Positions 1 through 8,623 of a stretch of 64,000 nucleotides of DNA are shown piece after piece. Where the stretch lies: positions 423,062 through 487,061 of the forward strand of contig JANBVK010000001.1 in assembly GCA_024239035.1 (NCBI GenBank). Reading direction: 5' to 3'. How positions within the stretch are numbered: the first letter of the stretch is position 1; every line of letters starts with the position of its first letter. Both the position numbers and the translations under genes were made by a program. The notes beneath the pieces are model-generated. The model was not told the origin of the DNA. It made no database searches and saw only the letters and a list, made by a program, of their open reading frames with translations. Source of the DNA: Patescibacteria group bacterium (GTDB taxonomy: Bacteria > Patescibacteriota > Minisyncoccia > UBA6257 > GWB1-50-10).

Positions 1-258
1 CCGGGGGCGCCACAGATAAGAGAATGCTGACTGAAGAATTTTGGGCAGGCCTTGGCCGTTTATCTTCACAAACGCAAGAGCGATAGCCGCCCCGACTAAA
101 ATAGCGGTGACTATGAGCCCGAAGAAGAAGTTGAAAATATAAAAAGAAGCGAAACTCATTCCTCCTGCGGCGGCCAGATACAAAAACTGCGGCAGAGTTA
201 AGGGACCGATAATCTTTGGTTTCTGTTCAATGAATTGTGGAATTTGGAACGTAGCCAT
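1..258 (-). CDS. PrgI-family membrane protein (truncated by window edge)
   Basis: Not in the ORF track. Read manually from ATG at 258: MATFQIPQFIEQKPKIIGPLTLPQFLYL..., matching the PrgI N-terminal pattern (FQVPQFIExExKIxGPLTxxQF), followed by two TM helices. Confidence 0.8.
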   Translation of the reverse strand, partial: MATFQIPQFIEQKPKIIGPLTLPQFLYLAAAGGMSFASFYIFNFFFGLIVTAILVGAAIALAFVKINGQGLPKILQSAFSYLWRPR

Positions 259-266
259 AGTGGTGG

Positions 267-1748
267 TCATCGTAAATCTACTATATTCCCTTCAATAGTT
301 GCCTGCCCCGAGTTACGTCGAGGGAGTTGACCTTTTTTGATGTTACCCTCTTTTTTACCCAGAGGGGATTGTGATGCTTGCGGTTTCTTCTCTATTTGTG
401 TCTTTAATGCTGGTTTCTTTTTTTCTCTTAGTGGTAGAATTTTTTCTGAGGGTTGTGGTGTATTGTTTCGCTCGAGCGTCTCAAGATTAATTACCTCCTT
501 CTCAGGCTTACCAAAAGGGGAAAGCGGCGTTCGACTCTCGCTGTAATGCACCACCCTTTTCTTTTCTTTTTCTTCTTTCACCCGCCGTAGCCTTGGCGAA
601 GGCGGGGCGTCTAACTTCGCTTCCGCGCCGGGTACTTCAATTTTTACCTTAGTGGGCGACGTACCCGGAGTTTTTGGTTTCATAAAACTAAAAGGAAAGT
701 CAAAACCCTTAAATGGTTTCTTATCTTCTTCAACCATTGGTTTTTCTTCGTGAAGGACTAGGGGTTTACCCTGAGTAACATCGAAGGGTTTACCCTCTTC
801 TGTTTTCTGCGTTAATACGCTTCTATGTTCTTCGGTGGGTCCGCGTCTTTCCTCTTCTACTTTTTCTATTCTAATCTTCTGTTCTTTTAACCCTTCTTCG
901 CCGAATTTTTTCAGAGAGATTGTTTTTTCCCCAACAGTTGCTTCTTTAAGTGGTCCTGTAATGGGATCATATACTTTCCTGATGCCATTTCTTAATTGGG
1001 AAAATATCTTTTTACTCAACTCTTGACCAATAGTTGTCGCAATTCGACTATCAATATTTACTGCTTCTTGTATTTCTTTAGTGATATCATCAAGATGAAT
1101 AAAACCCATTAGGACTCGACTGCTGATCATTGCTATTGAACTAATTTTTTCTTCAGAGAAATGATTAGAACTCCCAATTCTAAAAATGTCTTCCGCGTTG
1201 GCGTAAGAGAAAATCTCATTCTTTAAATTCTGAGGCAGCGATTTATATCGTTGATTTACTTGTTTTGGGGGTAGTGCTCCAATAAGTTTAGTTAGACCGA
1301 CGCCTAATTCTTGAGCGAGATTAGCAATTAGAAAAGTATAAAGGGGGGGTCTCTTGGTTTTTAGCCAATTTAATTTTGCTTCTTCGGTTTCTCCTGGTAT
1401 TGCTTCTATAATCAACTTCTGGAACTCTTTTTGGGCTTCTGGATATAAATCAAGGTTTTTATAGATGTTAGCTAAAGCCTCTCCGCTTGCCGTCTCCAGA
1501 ACAGCTTGAGCAATAGTTGGGAGAACGTTGTTTCTCCACTCTTTCTCGCTCAAATTCGCTCGGAGCATCGGAAATCCTTTAATAATACCCACCCAGAAAG
1601 TATTCTCCCACTCTGCCGCCGGAATCGTTTTTAAAGAAGTCCTAAGACCCTCTCCAGCCTTTTGGTAGTTTTTGCTCTGGAGTTCATCCCAAATATCTTC
1701 TTTGAGAATCGGAAGCCAATAAAAGTTTTGAGTATTTATATTGGGCAT
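267..1748 (-). CDS. Hypothetical protein of the T4SS-like locus; helical N-half, low-complexity K/E/P-rich C-half
   Basis: 493-aa ORF co-oriented between the VirB6-like gene and prgI; no recognised catalytic motif. Confidence 0.75.
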   Translation of the reverse strand: MPNINTQNFYWLPILKEDIWDELQSKNYQKAGEGLRTSLKTIPAAEWENTFWVGIIKGFPMLRANLSEKEWRNNVLPTIAQAVLETASGEALANIYKNLDLYPEAQKEFQKLIIEAIPGETEEAKLNWLKTKRPPLYTFLIANLAQELGVGLTKLIGALPPKQVNQRYKSLPQNLKNEIFSYANAEDIFRIGSSNHFSEEKISSIAMISSRVLMGFIHLDDITKEIQEAVNIDSRIATTIGQELSKKIFSQLRNGIRKVYDPITGPLKEATVGEKTISLKKFGEEGLKEQKIRIEKVEEERRGPTEEHRSVLTQKTEEGKPFDVTQGKPLVLHEEKPMVEEDKKPFKGFDFPFSFMKPKTPGTSPTKVKIEVPGAEAKLDAPPSPRLRRVKEEKEKKRVVHYSESRTPLSPFGKPEKEVINLETLERNNTPQPSEKILPLREKKKPALKTQIEKKPQASQSPLGKKEGNIKKGQLPRRNSGQATIEGNIVDLR

Positions 1749-1758
1749 GATTTAGAAT

Positions 1759-3507
1759 TTATGGAGTTCCTCCTCCGCCTGTTCCGCCACCAGCCTGAGC
1801 TTGACGCCGGGCCTCTTCCGCAATCATTTCTTCAACTTGGGCGCCAAGTCCTGCGTCTGATCTCGTTTCTGGATAAGTTTCTCGCATTATTCCAGGTTCT
1901 CTAAAAGGTATTCTTGGGCCATAAGGCGTTCCAGTTTCCCCTCCCCGACCATAGAGAAAACTAAGACGAACTTCTTTTGTTAAAGCGTCCTGAGGTATTG
2001 AGCTTAAAGCCTCAATAGCAGCCTGTCTTACTTGAGCGTTATCACTCCTTGCGTGGAGGCTGAGAGATGCTACAATTTCTACTTTTTCAGGATTTGAGGC
2101 TGTAGTAAACCTTCTCGCATTTTCTTCGATTGACCTACCTCTTACCTCTTTTCTAGCTTGAGCCGTTAATGCTTCTCCAGCTAACCTCGCTTCGCTTAGT
2201 CCCCTTCCAACCTGTCTTAAAGGAGCAGTTAGGAAACGACCAGCTCTCCCGAATACTCTTCTTCCAAGGCCCCCAGTTTGACCTAGGTTTGCTCCAACCC
2301 CTTGTAATCCTGCTGTTAATTTTCTTCCCGTAACACCCCTCAAGGGGTACGTACCAGTCTGTAACGCTTTCCTCCCAGCCCACGCTCTAGTCCCCTTACC
2401 AGCTCTTGAAGCAATACCCATCGCTCCGGCCGAGCCTTTTATACTCATCTGGGTCGCTATCCAAAGCCCGCCAATTAGGATGCCAGCTAACGTTATCATT
2501 TGTGCTCCTTGAACCATAATGTTTTGAAGAGAACCTGAAAAAAACTCTCCTCCCCGAATGCCACCCTGCTCTTTACCTAACTTACCTAATTCCTCAACGC
2601 TTACGAGAGCAAGGTAAGTGAAGAACATGACTGCTGGCGCGAAGAATACCCATTCCATGAATTTACTCCACCATTTTGTGAATTGTCCAGCTAAGTTGGG
2701 AATGACCCAGAAAAGCCATACGATTGGAGATACGATTATAAGAAAAGTTAAGTAGAGATACCGTAACAAAAGCATAAAAGCAAAGGCGAGCAAGACGAAA
2801 GCCGCGATGAGAGTAAAGACAACAGTGAATATAAGACCTGTTATTGAGATAAGTACTGCGGTTCCAATTCCCCCTGTGAGCCCGCCTACTTCTTCTTCCG
2901 GATTTGGTGGAATAGGATCATCGCTCTCAATTAAAAACCGTTGAGGTCCGAATGCACTTGATAGGCTGCTGCTTAGATCTAACCCTAAAGCTCCCCCACC
3001 GGAGGTGACCCTCTCTGCGAAAACATTTGTTAGGACGTGGGAAAAATTAATGAAAACGCCGGCAATTGCGAAACTGAAGTTAACTAGAATAGCGGCAGCA
3101 ATGAGCTTAGGGAGAAGCGCTTTTACCCCATACTGCTCTCTTCGCAGTATGGTTGCAAAAGCTATTACGATAATGAAGAGTACGAAGCCGAGATTGGCAA
3201 TATCGCGGACAATCCTCCATCCAATATGAACAAGAGCATTACTATCATCTAACACCGTAAGATTGAGGCCGAGCATCAAGTTTACAAGGAAACCACTAAG
3301 TACAAAGAGTACTCCCCCAATAAAGTTTAGGAGGAACGCGGTGATTCTGAAGCCGAAGGCGAAGAAATCTGCTACGAGCGTATCACCAATCCCAGCTTGT
3401 GACACCTCAGGTACTAGAAAAAAACCAATTAATAAAAGCAATACAGCTCCTAGAAAGAATTTACTATTAAAGAATCTTGTGACTTGTTTGTTTTTAAGAT
3501 GCATCAT
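1759..3507 (-). CDS. TrbL/VirB6-like polytopic membrane protein (type IV secretion-like)
   Basis: GWRIVRDIANLGFV...LLPKLIAAAILVNFS and LLRYLYLTFLIIVSPI...WW motifs, many TM helices, Gly/Ala/Arg-rich tail. Start placed at 3507 (ATGA overlap with the upstream stop). Confidence 0.75.
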   Translation of the reverse strand: MMHLKNKQVTRFFNSKFFLGAVLLLLIGFFLVPEVSQAGIGDTLVADFFAFGFRITAFLLNFIGGVLFVLSGFLVNLMLGLNLTVLDDSNALVHIGWRIVRDIANLGFVLFIIVIAFATILRREQYGVKALLPKLIAAAILVNFSFAIAGVFINFSHVLTNVFAERVTSGGGALGLDLSSSLSSAFGPQRFLIESDDPIPPNPEEEVGGLTGGIGTAVLISITGLIFTVVFTLIAAFVLLAFAFMLLLRYLYLTFLIIVSPIVWLFWVIPNLAGQFTKWWSKFMEWVFFAPAVMFFTYLALVSVEELGKLGKEQGGIRGGEFFSGSLQNIMVQGAQMITLAGILIGGLWIATQMSIKGSAGAMGIASRAGKGTRAWAGRKALQTGTYPLRGVTGRKLTAGLQGVGANLGQTGGLGRRVFGRAGRFLTAPLRQVGRGLSEARLAGEALTAQARKEVRGRSIEENARRFTTASNPEKVEIVASLSLHARSDNAQVRQAAIEALSSIPQDALTKEVRLSFLYGRGGETGTPYGPRIPFREPGIMRETYPETRSDAGLGAQVEEMIAEEARRQAQAGGGTGGGGTP

Positions 3508-5009
3508 GGAGATTGAGAAGGGCAAGCATACGTCACATTCAAAACATCCTCACATTGAACAAGCTCTTCTTTTATTCGCGTTAAGTCTGCCTGAACCCGC
3601 GTCTTATCAGCCTCTATGCCTGTTTGCATGCTCTGTATTATGCTGGCGAATTGCCGGGCGATGATTCTTGATGCTCCTGCTCTGAGTACTCCCTCAGCAT
3701 TGTCAAGAAGGGTCGATGAAGCATTTAGGGAGTTAGATAATTCAGTAATTTCTACAAGGGTTGGATTTTGGGTGCACGTTAAGCCGCGGCCAGTCTGGCA
3801 ATTAATTAGCATTTGAGTTGTCGATGAGAGTTCTGTATTCAAGTTAAGAGTTTCTTCTATGGTGGCCCGGGTAGCTCCGATTTCAGCGAGAGCTACCTGG
3901 GATTCTTGTTCCGCTTGTGTGTCTTCGATTGTGTTTTGGAGATCACTTTGTTGTTGTTGATACTCTATGCATGCTGCTTGGGCAGAGGAGCTCAATCGTG
4001 GGTCATTACAGTCAGTTTGTGGGGTGTTTCCTGAAGGCCCTAGATTTTGGACTCCTTTCACCCCCTCTGCAATGAGCCGGTTAATGGACGCGTCAAATAT
4101 GGCACCGATGTAGGCTGTGAGCTCTTGAGCATTTACTAGATAATCTATATCAGCATATAGAGATCTTTCTAAACCTTCAGCAATAGCAGTGCCCGGCGTG
4201 GTAACTCTATCTTGGTGGCAAACCCATTCAATATTATTAATACCCGTTACAAGTACGGGTGGCGGTTGGGACGGGTCAGGGTAGGGTCGGATGAAGCTGT
4301 CGCTGTTAAATGGATACAACTTAGAAACGGCCTTGCCGCTATCATCGGTACCTCTAGCTTCCCATTCAAGACACTGTTTTGTGCTCAAAAACCCCCTCCC
4401 CGAATTTATTTCTTGTCTTAGTGCGTCTGTTTTTTGGGCTTCTCGTCTCTCGACCTCGCTCTGTGCAAGGATTTCAATGCCCCACCTGTTATTTTGAGGT
4501 CTTAGAAGTTCTTGATAACCGATCCAGCCGCCGCTCGTAAAACTATCACGAAACCGCTCGACGTTACCGACAATATCGTCAAGCGTGCAGCTCACCCGTT
4601 GGGAAAAGACCGGCCGTTCAAGCTGAAACTGGATTCTAACGGGGCTAATACCTCTGCATAGATCGCCTAGTCCTATTTCCCGGGCTACATCACCAACTGC
4701 TGCCTGGCCTGCGTCTTCTAAGAAACCACCGAAGTCAGTTACAAATTTAGGATCACCGTCACCTTGAATCCAACCGATAGTTTCATCAACCAGCTGATCA
4801 AGCAATCGTTTTTTAAGCGCCTCGAGAGCCGACTTTAATGCAAGCTCTGCGGCTGATTTTGTAACATCCCATATCCAACCTACGACACTCTCCGGGTTTA
4901 TGGTAATATCAGCGATGCCAAGGAACGCTTTTGCTCGGAACGGATAAGTGGTTCCTGTAACGAGCAGAACGCTTATGAGCAAAGCAGAGATAATTTTTTT
5001 TGTTCTCAT
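3504..5009 (-). CDS. Secreted/membrane-anchored hypothetical protein of the T4SS-like locus
   Basis: 501-aa ORF, signal-peptide-like N-terminus, paired cysteines, coiled-coil C-terminus. Confidence 0.7.
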   Translation of the reverse strand: MRTKKIISALLISVLLVTGTTYPFRAKAFLGIADITINPESVVGWIWDVTKSAAELALKSALEALKKRLLDQLVDETIGWIQGDGDPKFVTDFGGFLEDAGQAAVGDVAREIGLGDLCRGISPVRIQFQLERPVFSQRVSCTLDDIVGNVERFRDSFTSGGWIGYQELLRPQNNRWGIEILAQSEVERREAQKTDALRQEINSGRGFLSTKQCLEWEARGTDDSGKAVSKLYPFNSDSFIRPYPDPSQPPPVLVTGINNIEWVCHQDRVTTPGTAIAEGLERSLYADIDYLVNAQELTAYIGAIFDASINRLIAEGVKGVQNLGPSGNTPQTDCNDPRLSSSAQAACIEYQQQQSDLQNTIEDTQAEQESQVALAEIGATRATIEETLNLNTELSSTTQMLINCQTGRGLTCTQNPTLVEITELSNSLNASSTLLDNAEGVLRAGASRIIARQFASIIQSMQTGIEADKTRVQADLTRIKEELVQCEDVLNVTYACPSQSP

Positions 5010-5015
5010 ATTTGA

Positions 5016-5822
5016 CTAAGAAGTTAATTCTTCATAGCGTTGAATTAAAATAGATTGTAAATCGAGATCTTCTTGGATAATTTCGGGTAATGTTTGGATC
5101 ACTACATATGTTTTGAGCGGATCAGTTTGTATGTTCAAGACAGCCTGGTACATGAGCAATTTCTTGTACCACAAGTTTGTGTATTGGAGGTGGTATTCTT
5201 GCCACTGCGGAGGAGTCTCAAGTTCAAGCAAGCCGTTTATATAATCCGAGATATGACTGGTGAGATAATGTATAGTTTGTGGATTATTTTCTTTAAAAAA
5301 CTCCTCCAAAGCGATATTAATATCTTTCTTGAACCCGCTAAAATTTTCTCTTAAAAGCGAATCGATCGCCTCCATATAAGTGATTTGATTTTCAGACGAA
5401 TTATCGCCTGAGATTCTAATATCTTTAAGGTTGAATTTAGGAAAATCAAAATCCTGTACAATTTTTTCTTGGAGTACTTGTTGTAAGTCAGGAGTTGCGA
5501 TGTTGAGATTGCGTTCCTCAACTCGTCCACTGCCTCGCTCTACGTTTTTTAAGAGCTCTTTGGCGTAAGCCTGAGCGACCAACTCAGTGAGGTTATCAGT
5601 TCCCTGGTTTTCACTTCCTCCCCCAAGACCTCCGTATACTCCGAAAATATTAGCTTGAGATTGAGGTGTTGATTTAAATTGGAGGCTTGGATTGGTATTC
5701 TCCTTAAATTTTGATACGGTCAAAAAATCACCGAAAGGCTTAGAGTCGCTATTGGTGACGAGTAAGGAAACTCCTATTCCAAACAGAATGACAGTAAAAG
5801 CGATGATTTTTATTTTACTCAT
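5016..5822 (-). CDS. Hypothetical protein with N-terminal membrane anchor
   Basis: 268-aa ORF, first gene of the minus-strand run. Confidence 0.7.
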   Translation of the reverse strand: MSKIKIIAFTVILFGIGVSLLVTNSDSKPFGDFLTVSKFKENTNPSLQFKSTPQSQANIFGVYGGLGGGSENQGTDNLTELVAQAYAKELLKNVERGSGRVEERNLNIATPDLQQVLQEKIVQDFDFPKFNLKDIRISGDNSSENQITYMEAIDSLLRENFSGFKKDINIALEEFFKENNPQTIHYLTSHISDYINGLLELETPPQWQEYHLQYTNLWYKKLLMYQAVLNIQTDPLKTYVVIQTLPEIIQEDLDLQSILIQRYEELTS

Positions 5823-5946
5823 AATATTTATGTAGCACAGAACAAGCGAACTGATTGTTACACGCTTCTTGCTATAATTATATCAAAGTTTGAACTATTT
5901 TTTTGATCTTTGAGCGCTCGTCAGTCTGTAGATTGCTCAGTTACTA

Positions 5947-6660
5947 ATGATTGAAACTAAAATGATAGCCAAAATTACTAAATCACCGTACGGGATTATT
6001 TCCCTTTCTATTGTTTTTATTTTAATAAGTGTTGTTCCATTCTTCTTCTTTTTAGGAGATGACAGCAACTGGAGAGAAAACCTATGGAATGCTTTTCCAA
6101 TTACGCTCTTGGCTGTCTTTGGTATGCTTTTTCTTCCGCTCTTTACGATACGTTACGTGTTTAAAGAAAATCCTAAGCGATTTGGGTGGGGTATTCCGGA
6201 AAATATGAAAAAAGCAGCATCTCTTACCGCGTTGGGGATTCTAATTTTTTTACCGATAATATTTTTTTTCAGTAGTCGGGAATCATTCCAAAATTACTAC
6301 TTAGTGGGGGAATTTTCGCTTGGGCAGTTTTTGCTTGTAGGGGTCTTAGCGTCACTTGTGTATTACACCGCCGAAGAGTTTCTTTTTCGCGGTTTTTTAT
6401 TTTGGGGTTTGTGGCATAAGGTTAAATATCATAGTTTTTGGATAACTAGTTTAATATTTACTTTTTTCCATTTAACCAAACCACCCTTAGAAGTTATTTT
6501 CGCCTTTTTTCTAAGCTTGGTTCTTTCTTACCTTTCTTTAAAAACAAAATCATTCATTCCTGCCGTCGCAGTTCACTTTGCAATAGCGCTAGTTTTAAAT
6601 GTTTTGATAATATTTTTTTCGGGCGCCGGCATTTCACCTGGAGGTACTATCCGTTTTTAG
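5947..6660 (+). CDS. CPBP/CAAX (Abi) family intramembrane metalloprotease
   Basis: EEFLFRG, FxxxH (FTFFH) and HxxxA motifs in a multi-TM protein. Confidence 0.9.
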   Translation: MIETKMIAKITKSPYGIISLSIVFILISVVPFFFFLGDDSNWRENLWNAFPITLLAVFGMLFLPLFTIRYVFKENPKRFGWGIPENMKKAASLTALGILIFLPIIFFFSSRESFQNYYLVGEFSLGQFLLVGVLASLVYYTAEEFLFRGFLFWGLWHKVKYHSFWITSLIFTFFHLTKPPLEVIFAFFLSLVLSYLSLKTKSFIPAVAVHFAIALVLNVLIIFFSGAGISPGGTIRF

Positions 6661-6678
6661 ACGAATCACTTCGCTTTA

Positions 6679-7488
6679 CTAACCAATAAGGTGTTGGCTG
6701 AGTTTTTGTATTTTACTCACGTCTAAACATTGCGGCCGGTCATTAGGGTTAACACGAATCTCCTCAAGTTTTTTAATTAACTCAATTTTATCAAGTGAGA
6801 AACCTTGGGCTAGGTTATTTAAAATCGTCTTCCTCGGTTGCTTAAAGAGAGCTTTAATTAGTTTGTAGTACCTTTCCGTATTTTTTGGTTCATATTTTCT
6901 AGTTCTTAATCGTATAATTGCCGAATCAACTTTCGGTTTTGGTTCAAAATCTTCTTTTGGAATGTAGTCAATAATTTCCGGGTTCGCCCAAAACTGAACA
7001 CTTGCAGCAAGAAGATTCATTTTTGGGGGTTTGGCACATAGTCGTTCGGCCACTTCTTTTTGAAGAGTTAAAACAATAATAGTAGTTAGTAACTGGTAAT
7101 TAGTAATTAGTTCACCCAAAGTCCTTAAAAGACGCCCGGTTATGTAATAGGGAATGTTGCCTACAATTTTGTAATTAGTAACTGGTAACTTGTAATTAGC
7201 AATCAATTTAGAAAGTTCTTTTAGGGCATCTCCGTGAATAAAAGTTATATTTTCTGATTTCCGATTACTACTTGCTAATTCTTCATAAAGATTTTTGTCT
7301 TTTTCTATCGCGACGATTCTAGATTTTAGACTCTGTGTTCTAGACATTAGTTCTTTTGTAAGCTCTCCTCGCCCCGATCCGACCTCAATAATGATGTTGT
7401 TGTCTTCAATATCCAGCGCATCAATGATTTCCTTGATTTTCTCTTTGTTTATAAGGGAATATTGGCCTAATCTCTTATTTGAATACAT
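6679..7488 (-). CDS. rsmA: 16S rRNA adenine dimethyltransferase RsmA/KsgA
   Basis: LGQ, IIEVGSGRG, GNIPYYIT and FxPxPKVDS motifs. Confidence 0.95.
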   Translation of the reverse strand: MYSNKRLGQYSLINKEKIKEIIDALDIEDNNIIIEVGSGRGELTKELMSRTQSLKSRIVAIEKDKNLYEELASSNRKSENITFIHGDALKELSKLIANYKLPVTNYKIVGNIPYYITGRLLRTLGELITNYQLLTTIIVLTLQKEVAERLCAKPPKMNLLAASVQFWANPEIIDYIPKEDFEPKPKVDSAIIRLRTRKYEPKNTERYYKLIKALFKQPRKTILNNLAQGFSLDKIELIKKLEEIRVNPNDRPQCLDVSKIQKLSQHLIG

Positions 7489-7571
7489 AGTTTGCTAAGG
7501 GTATTTTAAGGTAAATTTACACAGAATAGGTTTGTGATTAAAAGGTGATATGTTACTATTCCAATATTAAT

Positions 7572-8609
7572 ATGGTTTTCAGTCATATAAAACCTCTTTT
7601 GAGAGGTTTCCCTAAAGCGACAAGTTTGTGGTCGCTAGTTTTTATTCTGATTATTGTTGCGGCTGGTCGTTTTGCTTATTCAAAGACAGAAAGCTTTGTT
7701 AACCGTGAAGAGAGTGGTAGTTTCAGTTTCGGCGGCCCGGCTGGAAATTCAGAAGGAAATCTTGGATTTTTTTCGGGATCACTCACTTCATTGAACGGTG
7801 AATATTCAGATGATGAGGAGAAATTTCTAATATTTGACGGAGTAGTTGTTTTAGGGACCTCTCATCCTTTAAGTAATCTAATACCAACGAGAGATGGTCT
7901 GCAGAAGTATAAAGTTCAGTCGGGCGATACTCTCTCCGGCATAGCTGCTCAGTTTGGATTAACGCTACAAACTTTAAGATGGGCCAATCCCGGGCTTCGC
8001 TCGGCGATTAGGATCGGTGAAGAACTCACCATCTTGCCGGTTTCAGGGATTCTGCACGCGGTTAAGGAGGATGACTCTATCGAGTCCGTTGCTAGTCGTT
8101 ATCAGATAGACCCTAATCTCATAAGAGAGTATAACCCAGATTACCAAAAGACACTTGATTCCCCAGGTGAATTGTTAGTTTTACCCAACGCCAAACCGCT
8201 TGGGAATATAGGTTACGCCCGTTACATCCAAAATCTTCCTAATCTGAAAAGCTATTTTGTATTGCCGGCTCGGGGATGGAACTGGGCTCGACTCCATGAT
8301 TATAATGCGGTGGACATCGCCGATCAGTGTGGTAAGCCGATCTATGCTGCTGCGGAAGGATTGGTTATTGAAGAATCATCCGAAGGATATTGGAACCAAG
8401 GTCACGGCAACTACGTATTTCTGGAACACCCAAACGGCACCAAGACGCGCTACTCTCATACGTCTGAAAATTTAGTTAATGTTGGTGATTATGTTTCCCA
8501 AGGTGATCACGTCGCCTTAATTGGAAATACCGGCAACACTCACGGCCCCACCGGTTGTCATCTGCACTTTGAGACGCACGGCGCTAAGAATCCTTTTGCA
8601 ATAAAGTAA
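7572..8609 (+). CDS. LysM-domain M23 family peptidase
   Basis: Two LysM repeats (YKVQSGDTLSGIA; HAVKEDDSIESVA) and M23 motifs HxxxxxD, YSH, HLHFE. Confidence 0.9.
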   Translation: MVFSHIKPLLRGFPKATSLWSLVFILIIVAAGRFAYSKTESFVNREESGSFSFGGPAGNSEGNLGFFSGSLTSLNGEYSDDEEKFLIFDGVVVLGTSHPLSNLIPTRDGLQKYKVQSGDTLSGIAAQFGLTLQTLRWANPGLRSAIRIGEELTILPVSGILHAVKEDDSIESVASRYQIDPNLIREYNPDYQKTLDSPGELLVLPNAKPLGNIGYARYIQNLPNLKSYFVLPARGWNWARLHDYNAVDIADQCGKPIYAAAEGLVIEESSEGYWNQGHGNYVFLEHPNGTKTRYSHTSENLVNVGDYVSQGDHVALIGNTGNTHGPTGCHLHFETHGAKNPFAIK

Positions 8610-8623
8610 TCGTTTCTCATTTC

